NCBI GenBank assembly: GCA_002633005.1
Contig: NMRA01001242.1
Location: forward strand, 1 to 36,157
DNA: 36,157 nucleotides
Direction of reading: 5' to 3'
Origin: Phoronis australis
Lineage: Eukaryota; Animalia; Phoronida
Position numbers and translations under genes: made by a program. The number at the start of each line of letters is the position of its first letter. Position 1 is the first letter of the stretch. Positions 11,086-23,100 of this stretch are shown in pieces. The notes beneath the pieces were generated by a model, which saw nothing but the letters and a program-made list of their open reading frames with translations, ran no database searches and had not been told where the DNA came from.

Positions 11086-12207
11086 AGAACAAATACATTT
11101 CTAGGCAGTTGCTTGTCTTAACTAAATCACGGGATATTTGCAATGCAAATAATCTAAGTAAGTTATTAAACTTTGACTAGCCCGGTAGTATGGCAAATGT
11201 ATTTCCCAGGACATTCCGTTGCGGGAAATAAGTTTGCTAGTACGGCGATTCTATGAATGACAACATTTGGATGAAGTGGCGAATGCACTTCGCAGAGCAA
11301 AGATATTTCCCGACACTTGAGCTTCAGTCTTGACCACGGGAAAAATATTTGCTCGCTCCTGTCCTTGCATGCACTAGAACAAATACATTTCTAGGAAGTT
11401 GCTTGTCTTAACTACATCACGGGATATTTGCAATGCAAATAATCTAAGTAAGTTATTAAACTTTGACTAGCCCGGTAGTATGGCAAATGTATTTCCCAGG
11501 ACATTCCGTTGCGGGAAATAAGTTTGCTAGTACGGCGATTCTATGAATGACAACATTTGGATGAAGTGGCGAATGCACTTCGCAGAGCAAAGATATTTCC
11601 CGACACTTGAGCTTCAGTCTTGACCACGGGAAAAATATTTGCTCGCTCCTGTCCTTGCATGCACTAGAACAAATACATTTCTAGGAAGTTGCTTGTCTTA
11701 ACTACATCACGGGATATTTGCAATGCAAATAATCTAAGTAAGTTATTAAACTTTGACTAGCCCGGTAGTATGGCAAATGTATTTCCCAGGACATTCCGTT
11801 GCGGGAAATAAGTTTGCTAGTACGGCGATTCTATGAATGACAACATTTGGATGAAGTGGCGAATGCACTTCGCAGAGCAAAGATATTTCCCGACACTTGA
11901 GCTTCAGTCTTGACCACGGGAAAAATATTTGCTCGCTCCTGTCCTTGCATGCACTAGAACAAATACATTTCTAGGCAGTTGCTTGTCTTAACTACATCAC
12001 GGGATATTTGCAATGCAAATAATTTAAGTAAGTTATTAAACTTTGACTAGCCCGGTAGTATGGCAAATGTATTTCCCAGGACATTCCGTTGCGGGAAATA
12101 AGTTTGCTAGTACGGCGATTCTATGAATGACAACATTTGGATGAAGTGGCGAATGCACTTCGCAGAGCAAAGATATTTCCCGACACTTGAGCTTCAGTCT
12201 TGACCAC
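11086..12207. repeat. Tandem array with a 290-bp unit, ~3.9 near-identical copies
   Basis: AGAACAAATACATTTCTAGG starts at 11086, 11376, 11666 and 11956. A degenerate partial unit follows to ~12273. Confidence 0.97.
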
Positions 12208-13139
12208 TATTATTAAACGAACTTTGACTCGCCGTAATATGGCAAATGTATTTCCCGAGACACTCTCGTTGCACTACGATATGCCCTCGTTGTCCTTAAA
12301 TTACCACAAAATAAGCCAACACTTGAAACATAAGAGCAGTAAATACATGTAGTTGCAATATTAAATCTACAAACACCGCATTAACATTTGATTAAATTTT
12401 AAAACTCACGCAATAAGGCTCAACCAGAGCAAAGGTTTTTCCCGGCAATTGTTTTTCCCGTCTCGACGACGGGAAAAAGATTTGCCCATTTCCGCGCATG
12501 CGCACTAAGGTGCCTTAGCAAAGGTTTTTCCCGGCAAAGGTTTTTCCCGTGACACCGGCCACAGACACGGAGATGTTTCACGGCCTCATATTTGCTATTA
12601 ACAGCGTACCTTTCATTTTTCACTACCGCGAGCCACTTCCTAAGCATTTCGGGCTCTCGAGGAAGTCGAAAAAATGGTATACCCGCTTTCTTCGCAGCTT
12701 CATAGTTCGGACAAGCTGGGACGATGCATCACAATATAGCGACATTCACTCTGCAAACGAATCACTGACGTCGCTGCGTTGTTTCTCACCTTCCTCACAG
12801 GTTAACGCGACACCTCTCGGCAAGGTGAGGTTGACTGATTAAGACGGTGAAAAAAAACTACTTAAATCGGGTGGCATTCTCCTTTAAAAGAAAGGAAACG
12901 CACACACGTGTACACGCGTGCATGTCAATCCACCATTCCACAATCAAAGTGGACACTGGATGAGCAACATATTGGACGGTCAATTTCAAATCGAAATTTG
13001 AAAATGCCTGCATTTTACAGTATTATGCTAGCAAGAACACCAACGTAGGAAATAACAAACCTAATTTCTGCTCTTTTGTTTCTCGGTCGACTTTTGACTT
13101 GAGGCATTCAGACGCACTACTTTTGGGATCTCTCGCGCG

Positions 13140-14087
13140 TAGGCAATGACCATCGCCTCTGTTGGCCCGAACCAGAGGCGAGGCAGCTCCTATAGGCGCT
13201 CTGTACGCCGGAAGCTTTTCGGCGAATTATGCCTCGCACCGACTAAACCCTCAAAGTCACGTTGTTATGAATACCTTTTGCGCATAGAGGAACACCTTAG
13301 GAGGTTGTCGATGTGTTTAATTCCTTCCAACTCGAACAAATACTCCCGTTATCAAACTTTTTCTTCGAGCAGTCCCTATTTCAGTTCTCAAAATCGTGAA
13401 CTCACCATTTTTATACTGCGCACGCTCCAACTTTTACCGCGCTCGCTAGGTGATGTGACTTCATGACCTCAATCTTTAAATAGGCTAAAGGTGAGCCATT
13501 GCGGTCTTGTCAGTCAAATGTTCGTTTCCAAAATGCCACCACTTATACTTGTCTTTAATTGGCGTTACTTGAAACTGATTGTATTTCAATGAATTATTGT
13601 TTGTATTTGATAAAAATAAGTGCTGTTGATATGACATTTAATAGTCTTTGTGCGCATATTTGACATTTTAATGTTTAACAACACGGCAAATGCACGGCTG
13701 GTTCCCGGCAGCACTTACGCAAAGGGCGGGAACTTCAGCTATCAAAGTTCGCCGGTAGGACCGCAGCTTCTGACCTTCGGCCTGGTTAAAAGAATCTTTT
13801 GGCGTGCGCCGAGTGAAAATGTTGAGTTCACGATTTTGGGAACTGAAATAGGGACTGCTCGAAGAAAAAGTTTGATAACGGGAGTATTTGTTCGAGTTGG
13901 AAGGAATTAAACACATCGACAACCTCCTAAGGTGTTCCTCTATGCGCAAAAGGTATTTATAGCAACGTGACTTTGATGGTTTAGTTGGTGCGAGGCATAA
14001 TTCGCCGAAAAGCTTCCGGCGTACAGAGCGCCTATAGGAGCTGCATCGCCTCTGGTTCGGGCCAACAGAGGCGATGGTCATTGCCTA
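13140..14087. mobile_element. 948-bp non-autonomous hAT-like element with ~270-bp TIRs and an 8-bp TSD
   Basis: Begins TAGGCAATGACC and ends GGTCATTGCCTA. CTCGCGCG lies at 13132-13139 and 14088-14095. Arms ~13140-13410 and ~13816-14087 are near-perfect inverted copies. Confidence 0.92.
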
Positions 14088-14492
14088 CTCGCGCGCTGCT
14101 TAGCTGAGATACGCACAGACATTTACTTCTAGACTCCCTATGGTGTAGCTACCACGCGCGTTCAATGTCGATGAATAATATAAAGTCGCTTGTAATCGTC
14201 TGCACGATCCTGTCATCTGCGCAAATACCATTCGGCGAAGTTGGCCGGGTACGGCTCGGTAATCAGGTGACGCGCTTTGAATCAGATGCAAATTCGAGTC
14301 AAAATTATAACTTTTTTGACTAAGTAAATATTTTGTTTCTCAAAAGAAGGAAAGTAACAGCAAATGGTAACTAATAACTATCCAGTAATGGCAAAGGTAA
14401 AACAGTCACACACCATTCATACACCCACGCACTCTTAATGTACATGTTACTTCCAAAACTATACATGTGCAAGTAAAGATATGTCTAAGTAT

Positions 14493-16224
14493 TTACAGAG
14501 GGCTTCCAAAAAGGTGAAATTCAGGAGTTTTTTTAAAACGGATGACCAGGTTTCGTCTAACTTTGATGTAATGATACAAGGAATATAAAATTTTTTCAAA
14601 AGTAGGCTTGCTGTGGTCCAAAGATGATTGAAATATAAAGTACTGGCATAAAGTTAGTACAGTATCAATCTCTTCAAAATTAGGTCCAAAATACGCGTTT
14701 AAAATGTTAGTCTTCACTAAATCTATGGTTTGTTTTGTTACATTACTTAACAAAGCTTGAACTTTGGACCACAGCGCCTGTACAAGTGAGCAATCACAAA
14801 ACAAAAGTTTCGACAGCATTACAGGACAAACAACTATCATTTCTTTTAATGTTCATCTTTTTCAAGAGATACTTTGTGTAAACTATGAAATAATGATATT
14901 TAAAAGTTTTTTAACTTTGAGAAAGAGAACAAGTCTGAATGGCAAAGTATAAATCTTTCCAATTTGATGTTCTGAATAAATTTCACTTAATCTGTGTTCT
15001 ACACCAGGTTGTGAAATCGTTTTATATAAAAAGTAATTTTTAGTTAATTGTGTATTAATCTGGCTGTACTGAAAGTCGTCCAATGAATTTGTCTTGGAAG
15101 TGTTCATTCCATTAGGTAACTTAAGTGCCTTCATCAAAGCATAGTATTGTAACCAACTAGATAATTTGTACCTTTGTTTCATAACTTCCCAAGACAAAAA
15201 CATGTTTTGAACATCTAATATATCTTTTACATAAACTATGCCAGCCTTGTAGAACCCACTGAAAAACACAGATTTGCCATCAACCAAAATGTTTCTGTTG
15301 TTCCACATGACCTGTCTAATAATATCAATTTCGCTGTGTAAGACAACGCTAACATTTTCCCATGCATTCAACAAGTCACAATAAAAGTTGGTGGTATCCT
15401 CCAAACGCAACAAATCGACAAAAAACTGGATTTAAAAAGCAATGCACACCCATACCTCCTAAAAAGGAAATTTGGAAAGGCTTTCCAGTATTTGTTTTAT
15501 CCTTCTACATAACGCTGAACCCATTTTACTAACAATGAGTTATAGGTAACGTTTTTATCTTGTACTGCCATTTGCACGGGTATTTACTGGCACACTTCTC
15601 TTCAATCTAGGAGTCTTATTTTGACAGACAAAATTGGATATCAAAGAATTAATCTGTTCTCTACCAGCAGTATCAATACCCGAATTATTGATGACATAAA
15701 ATAATTTTAGATAAGGCGAAAGTTTTTACAACGTCATTTCTGCCCAAGAAACTAATATTGCGTCTTTTCCAAAAGCCCAAAGTTTTCTTAAAATTTTTAA
15801 CTTTAAAATCACAATTTAATTGATCATTTTCCTGTTTATTGTGGCCAAAAAAACCCTAAGCACTTGATTGACCTGCCAGTACATTTAACCCCGTGCAATG
15901 GCTTGGAACAAGCTTTTTCTCTTCCAAGATACAGAACTTCACATTTTTTATCCAAAAATTGAAGACAATTAAATCCTGAAACTTCATCGTCTAAAAATAT
16001 TGTTGTGTCATCCGCATCTGGACAAGCTTTATTTCAGTATTAGCAATTTTAATTCCTGAAATAACATCACTTGATCTGATATAATTTGCCATAACCTCAA
16101 CTGCTAAGCAAAACAAGGGGCCAGAGACAGTGACTCTCCCTGTCGCACTCCACGTTGGAGGGGAAAATATAGTAAAACTTTTGTTGATTACGCAAGCCAT
16201 CGGGCTCTTATAAATTATTTGGAT
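14493..16224 (-). mobile_element. Decayed L1/Tx1-clade LINE ORF2 (RT C-terminal part and tail)
   Basis: Minus-strand LFCLAVEVMANYIRSSDVISGIKIANTEIKLVQ followed by a frameshifted ADDTTIFLD (YADD motif), then WNNRNILVDGKSVF...GIVYVKDILD and a C-terminal LFCDC..VQALW segment. Many stops and frameshifts; truncated by a gap. Confidence 0.88.
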
Positions 16225-17374
16225 NNNNNNNNNNNNNNNNNNNNNNNNNNNNNNNNNNNNNNNNNNNNNNNNNNNNNNNNNNNNNNNNNNNNNNNNNNNN
16301 NNNNNNNNNNNNNNNNNNNNNNNNNNNNNNNNNNNNNNNNNNNNNNNNNNNNNNNNNNGGGGGGGGGGGGGGGGGGGGGTTCGATCGAACCACCCGAACC
16401 CCCCGGGTCTGTTTAACACAAACGCAAGATAAGTGTCTTCTTTAATTCAATGCTTGAATATGTTATTGGCACAGAACTAGAGTTCACACGCACATGATTA
16501 TCTAATCCTAGTCCCATAGCTGCTGATGTTGTATTCACTTCTGACTGGTTGTCTGATTATTCTAGATGTTGTCAGCCCCCATGGTCAGTTTGGCCTTTAT
16601 TCACAACTATTGCGTAAAACCATTCAGTGTTTGACCTAGTTTCTGGCATGTTGGGTACATGACAAGGTGCAAGGGATCACTTTCATGTAAGTTTCTCTAT
16701 GCTCTTTGATAGTTTGTTATGGGTGTCATTACTTTGTAGTATTATATGTAGTGTATTGGAGCTGAGGACGCCTGTGGGTAGGGACTGTGCTGGATGTCTG
16801 GTATCAGATGCCTAGTAACTACCTTGTACCTACAAAGTGTCCACAAGCATTAGTGCTGTATCAACCTCAATTAATGTTTAAACGTCGTAGTGCCAGTGTT
16901 GTAACGTACAATAAATGAATGTAAAGCTTGCTTCGAGTATTATGGTTCACTGGCAGGCTGCCTTGCACTATAAGCTGGCCTCATAATTTCGATTTTCTTA
17001 CTCGAAATCTCTAGTTTTTTTATCGAGAATAGGGGTTACCAAGTGCACACTTAAAACTCTTCTGTTGGAACCATGGCGTACTACTCTAGCACAGGAGTTC
17101 GCGGAAAATGACAAAAAAAATTCGAGTTCGATTTCGAGTACAAGTAGTCCCCGGGCCCAATTACAACTGTGAAGGAAGAATATTCTGTAAATTTCTTTGA
17201 AAACCGTTGATCGCGAAAACCGCGAGCAAAGCCAGCACACATGAGTAGCATTGGAATGTGATGTTCATATAACCCGGCCGAGTTTATCGTCTAGATGATG
17301 ACTCGCGTTTCGTGTTTCGTCAGTTTTAAGATTTAATTGTAAAAGGATAATTTTTATGTTCATCCGACTTATAC

Positions 17375-17520
17375 CAGCCTCCCGTTCAGTAACGCTAGGA
17401 CCTCGCTAAAAAGCAAGACTTCGCGAGATTACGTGAGGTATTGCCGTGTTTGAAAACACGTGATTTTTTCTAAATTTTATCTAGGTCCAAAAGCGTAGGT
17501 CCTAGCGCTACTGAACGCTT
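17375..17520 (+). mobile_element. ~150-bp MITE, family A copy 1
   Basis: TIR CGTTCAGTAACGCTAGGACCT / AGGTCCTAGCGCTACTGAACG. A reverse-oriented copy lies at 22418-22562. Confidence 0.8.
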
Positions 17521-17524
17521 GCCC

Positions 17525-18057
17525 GGTTTACATGCTGGCTAACACGCTAGCACTTTCACTAGCAACAAAGACGCCAGTAACGTACGTACAGCCTGTGAGG
17601 AGGGTCACTTTTGCTGCTGAATTTGCTGGAGGTTTGAGTTACACCGAAACTACTGGCGGTTTTCGCTATTCTATAGGATGAAGTGAGCGTTGAAAGTGCA
17701 AGTGTTTTAGCCAGACAGAGGAGTTGTGCGAGGGTCATTATTGCAAGCAGTTTACTGAGTTCGTTTGTTTCCCCCCATCACCCGAATCGCTTATAAGCCC
17801 AAATTAATATTAATACACGTTCCCTCTCGGCTGCCATCGCGACAAAGGCCTTTCCTTCTTGCCCATGTTTGTCCTTTGAAGTAAGTGATTTGGCCACAAA
17901 ATTGCTAGCGCCGAAAAACGCCAACAGTTTTGGAGTAACCCAAACCTCCAGCAAAGAGTCAGCAAAAGTGACCCTTACGACCTTTCACATTACTGACGTG
18001 TTTGCTCCCAGCGAAAGTGCCAGTGAAAACGCTAACATTTTAGCCAGCATGTGAACC
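17525..18057. mobile_element. Foldback MITE with ~150-bp imperfect inverted arms
   Basis: GGTTTACATGCTGGCTAA / TTAGCCAGCATGTGAACC at the ends, and inner AGGGTCACTTTTGCTG...TTTGCTGGAGGTTTG mirrored at ~17940-17975. Confidence 0.8.
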
Positions 18058-18116
18058 AAGTATTAGATGCAAGTCTTTTCATCATAGCATTGTTAACACT
18101 TTACGAATCTGTTCTC

Positions 18117-18511
18117 GCGCAAACACGACCCAGTCGCTCAATAAATTCTTACACTCGCGACGTGATGAGAGCCGGTCCGACGGTATTAGACTACTCGTGG
18201 GATAAAACTAAACAGAGTTGAGCTGTCTCAAACATGCAATATGAACTCAAAGTTTTTTATTTTCATATTACATGAATCTCCGTCTTTATTACTAAAATTA
18301 GCAATTTTTCAGCGCATCATTTGTCATGTCATATATTCATGCGCGTTGTTTGAGACTTGACAGTGACAGGTTTTCCTTTCAAGGAGTAAAAGCCGCGGAC
18401 GACGCCGGGAAGAACTAGTTTGTGATCTGTTTTTAAATCAAAAAAGTCCTAGTCAGCTTGGTAAATATCAGGAGCGTAAAAAGTCATTGAGCGACTGGGT
18501 CGCGTTTACGC
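18117..18511. mobile_element. MITE with TTCTC target-site duplication
   Basis: TIR GCGCAAACACGACCCAGTCGCTCAAT / ATTGAGCGACTGGGTCGCGTTTACGC, with TTCTC at 18112-18116 and 18512-18516. Confidence 0.8.
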
Positions 18512-18824
18512 TTCTCGCATCACCAAACTAAGGTGCAAATTTCAGTGAAACGAGACCCAAATATCTCCCTTTACTGCCTCAAGTGATCAAGTCCGAGCGT
18601 CCTTTGCATCTATGTTTTGCCAACAGAGATCCAATGTCTATCCCGGAAAATTCCTCTAACTAATAGTTCCGACAGAAATCAGTTGTAAACGTTTTTTTCA
18701 CATCTACAGCTGACGACTGAGTGAAGATTTCATCAAGTGTTGTAAGTCCGTCTCTGTATAACACGTTAAGAATATGATGTCAGTTTTACACCTTTATTTC
18801 ATTTTGATGAGTGGTTTAGATTTT

Positions 18825-19304
18825 AGTCCCGTTTAGACATCAACTTTTGGCCCGGCGCAACTGACACGGAGCAAATTGATAGGTGTCAAGTGTCCGTTAA
18901 CACACACAACTCACAAACTGTGGCAAGACGGAAATTGTAGGCTGGAGAGTGGATCACACATGCGCAGGTTTACAAAAGACGGGAGTTAAACGAGACAGTG
19001 AACCTGTATTCAGGTCATTACACAAGCGCAGTAAAAATGCCGTTTACACTACAATAGTTGACACGGATCAGCTGATACGGAACGACTTGTTCCAGCGGAA
19101 GTATGTGTAAACGGGACTGAACTGGAGCAAATTGACACCGCGGTGGCAACTTTTGCCACCCGTTTGTTAGGTAGAGCAATTTGCGCTAGAACTTCTAGCT
19201 CCGAATCAATTATGTGTCTAAACGCGAAACTGTGGCAAGGCGGAAAGGAACCGCCTTGCCCCAGTTTCCCGTTTAGACATCAACTTTTGGCCCGGCGCAA
19301 CTGA
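18825..19304. repeat. Composite or rearranged MITE cluster
   Basis: TIR-like AGTCCCGTTTAGACA / TGTGTAAACGGGACT (18825-19118), an exact 37-bp direct repeat at 18828-18864 and 19268-19304, and repeated AAACTGTGGCAAG.CGGAAA. Confidence 0.65.
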
Positions 19305-20168
19305 TTGTCGGTGGGCCAGATCTCACAGCAATCATTCTTGTGAGTACTTTAGAGGGGCAACCTAGTTCTTTCTATGTGGGTAGATAGTACACCTATCAAA
19401 TTCCACTTGCACATTTTTTAAGAAGGTGTTGTTGTTGCAATAAATATTGTGCTCATACCTGTCACTTGATGGCGTTTTTCTATTAAATTGACCAATCAGA
19501 GAGACAGATTGTATTGTTGCGCTCAATAACTTCAATATGGCAGCTCCCATGGAGTGTGATGCTTGTATAATCCAAGGTTTATCAAACAGCACTAAATTGT
19601 GACAACCAGCACTTGAGTAAGCTTAGAGAAGCATCCTGACGAAAGGTGATGGACTGGGCAACTCTCTATATCTTTTTAGATGGAAAAGAAGAGGTGTCAC
19701 ACACGCTTGTGCAGAAAACAGCTGCATTGCCCAACAGGACATGTCCAGCTATACTGGTGTAGAAGTCTAAGTGTTAGACCAAAAATTGGAAGGACATGGA
19801 AACGAATAGCAACGTTTCAAGACACCAGCAGTAGCACTAAAGCGGAAGCTGCTGAAAGTGACATAGATGTAAATTGTTATCCCAGATTTCCCCAAAAAAT
19901 CAATTATACTTCCAAAATCTGAAACACCAAATTAAACTGTACAAGATTGGAACACTCTGACACATGAGTACATCATTTAGTGATCCTGTCATTTAGCAGT
20001 GTCTCTTTATGCTTATTGACCGGGATCGGTGTCATTGACCCAAATCTCTTTGTTATGGATTTGTAACATACAAAGGTGTACACGAATGCACGATTTGTTT
20101 TGAAGAACATTGGTGTTTTCAGACGTTTGCAGTTGACGAACTTAACATACCGAATATCGAAAAGCAAC

Positions 20169-20191
20169 ATGACAAGCACCAAGGATATGGG
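20169..20191 (+). CDS. Lipoxygenase candidate coding exon 1 (MTSTKDMG)
   Basis: CAACATG context and a strong GG|GTAAGG donor. Phase 2 matches the acceptor at 21231. An alternative in-frame ATG at 21149 is not excluded. Confidence 0.5.
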
Positions 20192-23100
20192 GTAAGGAAT
20201 TTAGCCTAGTATACTTCTAAGTGTAAACGAAACAGAGAAAGGTGGCTGACAAATTTAAAAATCGAGTATGAGACAGAATAGGACAACCGAAACAGACTAA
20301 ATAGCCGCTGCTCCTTTAACGTTTTTCTTCAACGCCGTTGGAAAGTACGACTCTGATCGGAATGTTTGGTCGTATGTCATTTCAGCATATCTAGCCTAAA
20401 CTACTTATTCCGTCTCATTGTGCTATTGCTATTGTTGTTGTTGTTGATTCGAAAATGCGAGACGTGAAAGTACAAACCTTGTCAAGTATTGCTCAGCTTA
20501 TTCGCTTCCTAGTACCAAGACTACGCTTTTCCATCAAAGCGAAAGTTTCCGAAAATGCTGTGCGCTCTGGGAGTTTGTTGGTTGCGGAAGTGAATCATCA
20601 CAAAGGGGTTTACTTTTAATTTCAATCAGCGATATCATGACTCTATCATAATTTCCAAAATCCATAGGCGTAACTACATGTATTTGCATGCTCCTAACTG
20701 TGCTAATGTATAGCAGGAACTAAACGACTATGTTATTTTAACGTAATCTACGATAAACAAAGTGCAGTAGTATTTATTGACAATTTGTAAATGTGAAAAC
20801 AAAAAATTCGCCATATAGGTGACATTTACACTAATAACGTACCTCGCGGGCTCACATAGCCGTGTTGCACCACGTCACAATACTTACTGGACTCGTTTCA
20901 GTGATTTGCGGCGGATGATTTCACCACAAAACTCGTTCTCAAAAACATTTGGCAATTTTCAACCTATTTCATATTCACATTGATGTGTTTCTAATTTGAC
21001 CAAGGAATCACAGAGATATGGATTTAGCGTGCAAGTTTCACTTTAAGGCCGTTATCCGCTTTTTGTATTTTCTGAGTAAAGCACCGTTCACCTGCATGAA
21101 TTAACCACTTGGAATTTTAGCTTCCCCTCTCTGTTGTCCTTTGTCACAATGCATTCTTGGACAGATGAAAATGTTTCCACTGATGGCTTCAGGCATTCGG
21201 AACAAATAACGTGTGCACACCATTATTTCAGTGGACCAGTTTACACCGCAGAAGTGTACACAACGGACGAAAAGGAATGGAAAAGAACAGGGACAGATAA
21301 CAATGTCTACCTGTCCTTACGTGGTGAGAACACGCGTTGTCATAGATTTGCGAATTTTTGACAAATCCTTCAATAAAACTAAAAGTGAAAAAGCAAATAG
21401 TCACTCGTTCTGTGCTGCATTCCTAAACGCACGGTACTCGCGACACACTTGTGGCAAGAAATCTCGGCAAGTACCAATGTATTTACGACCTTTTCTTATC
21501 ATCCATTACAGCCTTGCCTAGTGGTCATTTCGGTGGCGATCGTCTGTAAGATCCCGATTGTACTCGCGAAATTCTTTTCATTGCATTCACGTGATTTTGC
21601 GTGATCTTGTGTGGTATCACCGAACTGAAAAGAAGTTGACCTCACGGAACGTAGCCTTGAATTCAACTCCTCTATTTTGTTGGAGAAAAACGCATTGTAG
21701 GTATGACTGACGTAGTTATCGAAAGGTTACAATGCTAACTAGCACACTTCTGATCCGAATCGATAGCGATTCAAAACGATCACTCGGCCTGTCATTTGTA
21801 TGGAAACTTTGCAACCCACTATTGTTGGCGTTAAAATGACAGAAGATAACTAATTGATGAGCACGGCACCCGACAGGAGTCAGGCAGGTGCCCCTACGGA
21901 TGCACAGCAACCTATCTAAGTATTACACAACCACTGTAGAGTTGTGGTATTTCGGGATGTGGCTACTGGTATATCACGATTTGCATTATCTGTGCACAGT
22001 AGGACTAAGCTTTTGTGACATGACATTTTTGTTGACTAACACCCTCGCATTGTCAAAAAATCATAGCTAACAACGTTCGCCAAAGAAACTAATGTTGATT
22101 TAAAATATCTATGTTTTCAAAAGGTGTTCATGGGGTGACGGAGCGCGTTTTATTGGATAAAAGATGGCACGACGACTTGGAGGCAGGTTCGCGAGAACTC
22201 TACCAAATTAATGGCGGCGATGTCGGTGACCTTTTATATATGACATTAGAAAGAGAAGGACAAGATGATTGGCGTCTTGACAAGGTGAGGTGGCGAGTGT
22301 ACGCTTTTAACCTTATTTTGGTCCTTTCGTTACGTCCTACTAATAACGCCATAACCATAATCATTTGATCAGCATACGTTGTACCAGACTGCCTGATGAG
22401 TCAGAGGATTTAGAAACCTGGGGTGCGTTCAGTTAACGCTAGGACCTAGCTAAGATCTAGTCAAAGTCACGTGATCTCATTTGAAATACACGGAAATATC
22501 TCAGGTAAATTCGCGAAGTCTTGCTTTTTAGCGAGGTCCTAGAGTTACTAAACGGGAGGCTGATTCACGGGTTTAACAGTGTGTGGCCCAGTGGCACTCG
22601 AACTCACGACCTCGAGTAAAGAAGGCGGGCACCAATCACATTGGGCCACACTGCCTCCTTCTGCGTGTATTCTCACTAGATACTATCTGCTAAACTGAGG
22701 GCCAGAGTCTGTCTTAAAGGCGAAGGCAACCCTTTTTCATGTCATTTTTGAGCTAAAATAAGGTTGGTTGATTATCCTAGGCATATTTTCCACTTAATTA
22801 CAGCTTTTCGCAATTTTATTAATTACTCGTCCTCTATTCCGGAAGTGACGTTTTAGGAGGCAANNNNNNNNNNNNNNNNNNNNNNNNNNNNNNNNNNNNN
22901 NNNNNNNNNNNNNNNNNNNNNNNNNNNNNNNNNNNNNNNNNNNNNNNNNNNNNNNNNNNNNNNNNNNNNNNNNNNNNNNNNNNNNNNNNNNNNNNNNNNN
23001 NNNNNNNNNNNNNNNNNNNNNNNNNNNNNNNNNNNNNNNNNNNNNNNNNNNNNNNNNNNNNNNNNNNNNNNNNNNNNNNNNNNNNNNNNNNNNNNNNNNN

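Noticed and set aside
11086-12207. CRISPR-like array
   Set aside because: Whole 290-bp units repeat with no unique spacers, there are no cas genes, and the context is eukaryotic.
12860-12887. Additional Kolobok-like ends (...CTCCTTTAA here and near 20310-20319)
   Set aside because: No matching inverted partner end was found in the window.
13146-14081. Two near-identical ORFs (106 and 137 aa) on opposite strands
   Set aside because: By-product of the inverted arms of the non-autonomous element, with no recognisable domain.
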